64,000 bases of DNA from a bacterium (lineage in GTDB: Bacteria; Armatimonadota; Zipacnadia; Zipacnadales; UBA11051): NCBI GenBank assembly GCA_021372615.1, contig JAJFUB010000018.1, forward strand, positions 8,193-72,192. The letters run 5' to 3'. Made by a program: the position numbers and the translations under genes. The notes under the pieces are model-generated. The model was given only the letters and a program-made list of their open reading frames with translations, had not been told where the DNA came from and searched no databases. This document shows, piece by piece, positions 60,178 through 64,000 of the stretch. The first letter of the stretch is position 1; each line of letters starts with the position of its first letter.

Positions 60178-60204
60178 GTTCGTTCCGTCTCCCTTGTGTG
60201 TGGT

Positions 60205-60648
60205 CTATGGTGTCTCGTGGGCGCAGCGCCCACATGTTCCCTGGATCAGGATGTCGCGGACCGTGAAGCCTTCCGGCACATCGGGCGGCTCGGCCATGGG
60301 CCCCAGGTCCCAGACGGTCCCGCACTCGGTGCAGATCGCGTGCTGGTGGTCGGAGGTGTCGGGGTCGAAGTGGGCCTTGCTCTCCAGGCCGTCCAGACGG
60401 CGCACGAAGCCCAGTTGCTCCAGCGTGTCCAGCGTATTGTAGATCGTGGCCGGCGCGACACACCCAAGCCGCTCCCGCACCTCGGCCACGACGGCCTCGG
60501 CGGTCGGGTGGGTGCGGTTCCCGGCCAGTATGTTGAGCACCGCCCGCCGTTGGGGGGTCATGCGCGCCCCTCGCTCGCGGAGCCGCTTCTCGGCTTCCCG
60601 GGGGCTCAGCATCGTGCCGTAGACATTCGCTCGTTCACTGTTGGGCAT
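60205..60648 (-). CDS. Fur-family transcriptional regulator (PerR-like peroxide sensor by context)
   Basis: Winged-helix Fur fold (TPQRRAVLNIL...HPTAEAV). C-terminal HxH...CxxC...CGRC metal sites. Adjacent to rubrerythrin. Confidence 0.8.
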   Translation of the reverse strand: MPNSERANVYGTMLSPREAEKRLRERGARMTPQRRAVLNILAGNRTHPTAEAVVAEVRERLGCVAPATIYNTLDTLEQLGFVRRLDGLESKAHFDPDTSDHQHAICTECGTVWDLGPMAEPPDVPEGFTVRDILIQGTCGRCAHETP

Positions 60649-60699
60649 GTTCGATCAGCGCCTTGAGGGTTGCGTCATCTACTGAGGCTTGCACAACTC

Positions 60700-60870
60700 A
60701 GGGAGCCAGGCCGTGGGTGCCGCGTCGTGTGCGGCGGCACCCGCCGCCTGAGTGCTTCCTTACTTATCTGGATGGCTTCTTTAATTAGAACGACTTCATC
60801 TTAGCGCCAGCAACCGGGGCTGTCAAGGGCTTTTCTGCGGCAGGTGCGGCGGGCGTCGGGGCCGCCCTGG
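60700..60870 (-). promoter_or_regulatory. promoter/operator region of the Fur(PerR)-rubrerythrin-amidohydrolase minus-strand gene string
   Basis: The only AT-rich stretch of the window (CTTACTTATCTGGATGGCTTCTTTAATTAGAACGACTTCATCTTAG) lies upstream of the Fur-like gene. It also holds a copy of the GGCACCCGCCGCCTGAGTG motif seen at 750-780 and, without the terminal GAGTG, at 9378-9393. Confidence 0.3.
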
Positions 60871-60872
60871 GT

Positions 60873-61943
60873 TCAGAAGGAAGCGGCGAAGTCGTGGATG
60901 GCGCGGACGATCTCGGGATAGCTCGTGCGCCAGACGCCGGGCGGAACGTTCTCGGAGATCTGGATCTGCAGCCGTCCCGAGTTACCCGCCTGCTGCACAA
61001 GGCCCAGGGCCACCTCGTAGATGTGCTGCGGCTCGGCTATGTGGACGGACGAGGGGAAGTTGGCGAACAGACGCATGTGTGGCCACATCGCCAGGGCCTG
61101 CGCGACCGAAGTGTCGTTGTCCGGCGGCGGGGAGAACGAGTCAATGCCCTGCAGGCCCGACTCGCCGATGGCCGCCCACAGCGGCTGCAGGTCGCCATCC
61201 ATGTGGCAGAACGTCCTGATGTCCTGTTCGGCGAGCATGGCGGCAAAGCGCTGGTACAGCGGGAGGCAGTACTGGCGGAAGTAGCGCTGGCCGATGGTCG
61301 GGGCGGTGATGTTGTCGGGAATGTCCACGAAGGGGACCGGGACTGTCCGCGCGGCCGCGCAGACGGCCTCGAAGACCTGCACCTCGATGCGCTCCAGTTC
61401 GCCCGTGACCTCTGCCATCAGCTCCGGTTCGTCTACCAGGTGCAGTGCCAGGTCCGTCAGGCTGACCCACTGAATCCAGAGCTGCTGGTAGGGCGTGCGC
61501 ATCACGGCGGCCATGGGGAGGCCGTCCTCGCCGAGCGCCTGCCATGCGGACAGGTAGCCGTCCGCGTTCACCGTCACCGACACGTCGCGCAGGTAGGACA
61601 GCAGGAGGTGGTAGTCCGCGACCTCGGTGACGTAGTGCTTGTGAGCGGCGGTGGTGTTGTAGGTCGGCTCGTAGAGGCGCTCCTCGGTCAGCGCACCGGC
61701 GGGGGTGATGAGCGTGTTGCGGACGGCGCGGCGGCCCCCGCTCTCGAACTGCTCGGTCTCGGTGTGGCAGTGGGGGGCATGGAGCGCATGGAGCGCCGAC
61801 CACTGCAGCACGCCCATGTTCCCGCGGCCCACGTGCGCCCAGACTTCCTCATTGGGCGCCGCGATGCCGCTGTACTGCACGAAGGGCACGCGGTCCACCT
61901 CGTGCCCGGCGATGACGGCGAGAATGCGCTCACGGTTGGTCAT
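60873..61943 (-). CDS. uroporphyrinogen decarboxylase (URO-D)-family protein
   Basis: ATG at 61941-61943 (MTNRERIL). URO-D-family-like sequence. Paralog of 44578-45693. Confidence 0.65.
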   Translation of the reverse strand: MTNRERILAVIAGHEVDRVPFVQYSGIAAPNEEVWAHVGRGNMGVLQWSALHALHAPHCHTETEQFESGGRRAVRNTLITPAGALTEERLYEPTYNTTAAHKHYVTEVADYHLLLSYLRDVSVTVNADGYLSAWQALGEDGLPMAAVMRTPYQQLWIQWVSLTDLALHLVDEPELMAEVTGELERIEVQVFEAVCAAARTVPVPFVDIPDNITAPTIGQRYFRQYCLPLYQRFAAMLAEQDIRTFCHMDGDLQPLWAAIGESGLQGIDSFSPPPDNDTSVAQALAMWPHMRLFANFPSSVHIAEPQHIYEVALGLVQQAGNSGRLQIQISENVPPGVWRTSYPEIVRAIHDFAASF

Positions 61944-62038
61944 GGTTGGGTGTAGCGGCGCCATTCATGGCGCCCCTTGGTGTGTTGGGCGCGATGAATC
62001 GCGCCGCTACGGCACGCCCGGCAGGGCAGGTCGTGCCA

Positions 62039-62911
62039 TTAGGAGCCCACAGCGTCGTGCAGCCACTCCAGGAACGAAGGGACGCTGAACCACTGCTCCG
62101 GCTCGGCTTTGAGGATGGCCAGGATGTTGTCCACCATCACTTGCGCGCGGACGCAGCGCAGTGTCGCCGAGCCGATCTTGCCGAAGCGCACCAGGCCCAT
62201 CTCGGCGAGCCTCTCCCCCATCTTCTGGAACGGGTAGCGCGCCCACACCAGCGGCGGCACGTTCGGGTCGCCGCTGCTCAGCATGGGGTACCACTTCATG
62301 AGCGTCTCGAGGTCCCACAGCCGGGCCGCCAGCGCCTCGCGCTGCTCGGGCGGGGCCTGCTTTAGTGCCCACTCCTGGAACCGCACCTCGCAGTAGTGGC
62401 TCATGGTGTTGACGGTGAAGTCTACACCGATGAAGCAGTAGGCCGCGTTCCAGTCGTAGAGCCGCTGCCACGGGCTGGCCTCGGCGAAGGCCTTGTCGCC
62501 GTAGACGCAGTGGCGCAGCCCGTAGGCGCCGTGATCGGCGGTCAGCTCGGCGGCGCGCTTCCCGATGGCCGAGACCGAATGCGTGGGGTTGTTGCTGCGG
62601 ATACTGTCGGGGCGCTGGCGGAAGGTCTCGGTGATGATCCCCGGATACGAGGGGGAGGTGTTCACATCGAAGTCGGCCAGGTTCTGCTTGCCGGTCCACC
62701 ACAGCGTCGGACAGGCGACCGTGCCCTCGGGCCCCACCGCCTGCAGGAAGCCCTCGATGACGGTGTTCGGCCCGCCGACGACATCGCCCATGGACGACAA
62801 CGAGCTGTGGAACATGACGGTGTCGCCGGGCACGACGCCGACCTCGCGCAGTCCCTCCGCGACGGTGTCGGCGGTTACCTTGAGCTGCTTGTCTCCGCGT
62901 TCGGGGTCCAT
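62039..62911 (-). CDS. AAC(3)-family aminoglycoside N-acetyltransferase-like protein
   Basis: VMFHSSLSSMGDVVGGPNTVIEGFLQAVGPEGTVACPT matches the conserved N-terminal block of AAC(3) enzymes. Confidence 0.65.
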   Translation of the reverse strand: MDPERGDKQLKVTADTVAEGLREVGVVPGDTVMFHSSLSSMGDVVGGPNTVIEGFLQAVGPEGTVACPTLWWTGKQNLADFDVNTSPSYPGIITETFRQRPDSIRSNNPTHSVSAIGKRAAELTADHGAYGLRHCVYGDKAFAEASPWQRLYDWNAAYCFIGVDFTVNTMSHYCEVRFQEWALKQAPPEQREALAARLWDLETLMKWYPMLSSGDPNVPPLVWARYPFQKMGERLAEMGLVRFGKIGSATLRCVRAQVMVDNILAILKAEPEQWFSVPSFLEWLHDAVGS

Positions 62912-62992
62912 GTTGCCTCCTGAAGGCGCCGGCTCGCCGCCGGCCTGCCAGTGTCTCGGTCGCTCGTGCGGACAGTTCGCGTCTGTGGCCTG

Positions 62993-63880
62993 TCAGTCCT
63001 CGAAGAACCCCCGCAGGAAACCATCCATCGGCCCGTCGTACGTCGCTTCGGCGAGGAACTCCGTGCCCCGCTGGTTGCCCCAGGAGTACGTGATGACCGT
63101 GCGCCCCGCAAACTCGCAGAAGTCAATGTCCGAGTTGTTGATGTTCAGCGCGCCCGCGATGCGCTCCCGCTCGGCAGCGGTCAGGCGGTCGTTCGCGATG
63201 ACCTTGTCTTCATCCGAGGCGGCCAGCACCGGGTTGAGCGGACTCGCCTCCCATGTGATGAGATCGCGGGAGCGGACGACCCGCTGGTCATACTGCGGCC
63301 CTGGCAGGGCCTCCAGGTAGAAGTTGTAGTAGAAGCCGTCGAGGTAGCGCAGGGCGTGGGGCGCGGTGTAGCGGTCCTTGGAGTAGGTGCACTCCGGGGG
63401 CGTCAGCGTCCACGTCCGCAGGTCGCGCGAGGTCGCGAAGCGCGCGGTGAAGGGCACCCCGGCGACCTCCGGCGGCTTGCCGACCTCGAACATGAGCACA
63501 TACTCGTCCTCGGCCCGGCACATCGAGGTGTTGAATATGCCCCAGCCGGGCAGGTTCAGCGCCGGGCGCGTCTCCCAGTTCTCCATGTCGTCCGAGACGA
63601 ACAGGTCCACGCGCTCCCCGTCCCAGATGTTGGTCCCGGTGACGTACAGAACGTCGTCCTCAGCAAACACATTGCCCAGATGGTAGCCGACTGCGAAGCC
63701 AGCCGACGGCGCCCCGGTCGCGTGGTCCACGAAGCGGAAGTACGAGTCACCCGTGGTGTTGCCCGCATAGCGGGCGCGGACGTACTCGAAGCGGTAGAGG
63801 CGCTCGCGGAAGACGACGGGCGTGGTCTCCACGAGGTCACAGTCAATGGTGCCGAGTTTGCGGATGAGGGGTGCGGGCAT
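62993..63880 (-). CDS. glycoside-hydrolase-like five-bladed beta-propeller protein (GH43/GH32/GH130-like), family not resolved
   Basis: 295 aa. Repeated blades inferred from recurrent aromatic/Asp-containing beta-strand motifs (TNIWDGERVDLFVSDD, ITWEASPLNP, TVITYSWGNQRG). Confidence 0.4.
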   Translation of the reverse strand: MPAPLIRKLGTIDCDLVETTPVVFRERLYRFEYVRARYAGNTTGDSYFRFVDHATGAPSAGFAVGYHLGNVFAEDDVLYVTGTNIWDGERVDLFVSDDMENWETRPALNLPGWGIFNTSMCRAEDEYVLMFEVGKPPEVAGVPFTARFATSRDLRTWTLTPPECTYSKDRYTAPHALRYLDGFYYNFYLEALPGPQYDQRVVRSRDLITWEASPLNPVLAASDEDKVIANDRLTAAERERIAGALNINNSDIDFCEFAGRTVITYSWGNQRGTEFLAEATYDGPMDGFLRGFFED

Positions 63881-63888
63881 GTCGGTGC

Positions 63889-64000
63889 CTTTCTCCCCCT
63901 CCCTGCAGGGAGGGGGTCGGGGGGTAGGACGCCGTTCATCACCGCCACCAACGGCTGCCCACCCCCGCCGCTGCGCGGCGACCCCTCCCTAAGGGGAGGG
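63889..64000. repeat. family-1 module C copies at the window edge
   Basis: CCCCCTCCCTGCAGGGAGGGGG and CGACCCCTCCCTAAGGGGAGGG. Confidence 0.7.

Noticed and set aside
1-64000. tRNA, rRNA, integrase, transposase and toxin-antitoxin genes
   Set aside because: None could be recognised by eye. No cloverleaf-compatible segments were noted. The absence of integrase or transposase is itself used in the phage-block finding.

Overview
This is a very GC-rich bacterial window. The abundant DUF1559 prepilin-like 'H-X9-DG' proteins and the [FeFe] hydrogenase suggest an anaerobic PVC-superphylum (Planctomycetota-like) organism; that is inference only. The window holds seven blocks.

- **Hydrogenase operon (1-8304, + strand).** A complete electron-bifurcating-type [FeFe]-hydrogenase operon. 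It encodes a histidine-kinase-like ATPase, a DRTGG protein, a PHP protein, a second HK-like ATPase, a small thioredoxin-like [2Fe-2S] ferredoxin, a NuoE-like HydC, a NuoF-like HydB carrying a GltD/NfnB-like NADPH domain in place of its usual C-terminal 2x[4Fe-4S] ferredoxin domain, and HydA. A Rex-type operator lies upstream of the structural genes. HydA carries non-canonical H-cluster motifs.
- **DUF1559 gene (8509-9180).** A prepilin-like DUF1559 gene.
- **Phage-derived block (about 9.4-33.6 kb, all + strand).** Large terminase, portal, HK97-type prohead protease, HK97-fold major capsid, several very large structural proteins (LamG, BNR and zinc-ribbon domains), three small membrane/holin-like proteins and a PG-binding endolysin. 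No integrase, small terminase, repressor or replication genes are visible in the window.
- **Sugar/secreted cluster (33.7-48.7 kb).** A sugar-catabolic-like set (Gfo/Idh/MocA, class II aldolase, Zn-ADH, SDR), plus secreted glycoside-hydrolase-like and other secreted or membrane proteins.
- **Radical SAM operon (48.8-55.4 kb, minus strand).** Reading in transcription order: a DUF2207 membrane protein whose C-terminus is a perfect 12-nt tandem repeat encoding (A-C-H-S)n, a flavodoxin-like reductase, a radical SAM/SPASM enzyme with an N-terminal RRE-like domain, a coiled-coil protein and a polyprenyl-phosphate sugar transferase. This is the most novel-looking system in the window.
- **ydjGHI-like module (55.6-58.6 kb).** SPFH/zinc-ribbon module.
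- **Remaining minus-strand genes (58.6-63.9 kb).** Amidohydrolase, reverse rubrerythrin with a PerR/Fur regulator, URO-D-like, AAC(3)-like and glycoside-hydrolase-like genes.

At least three families of short palindromic repeats are scattered through the whole window. Several are inserted in-frame into coding genes (terminase, portal, PHP). G-tract (G-quadruplex-like) spacers sit immediately after many stop codons. No rRNA, tRNA or CRISPR was detected by eye.
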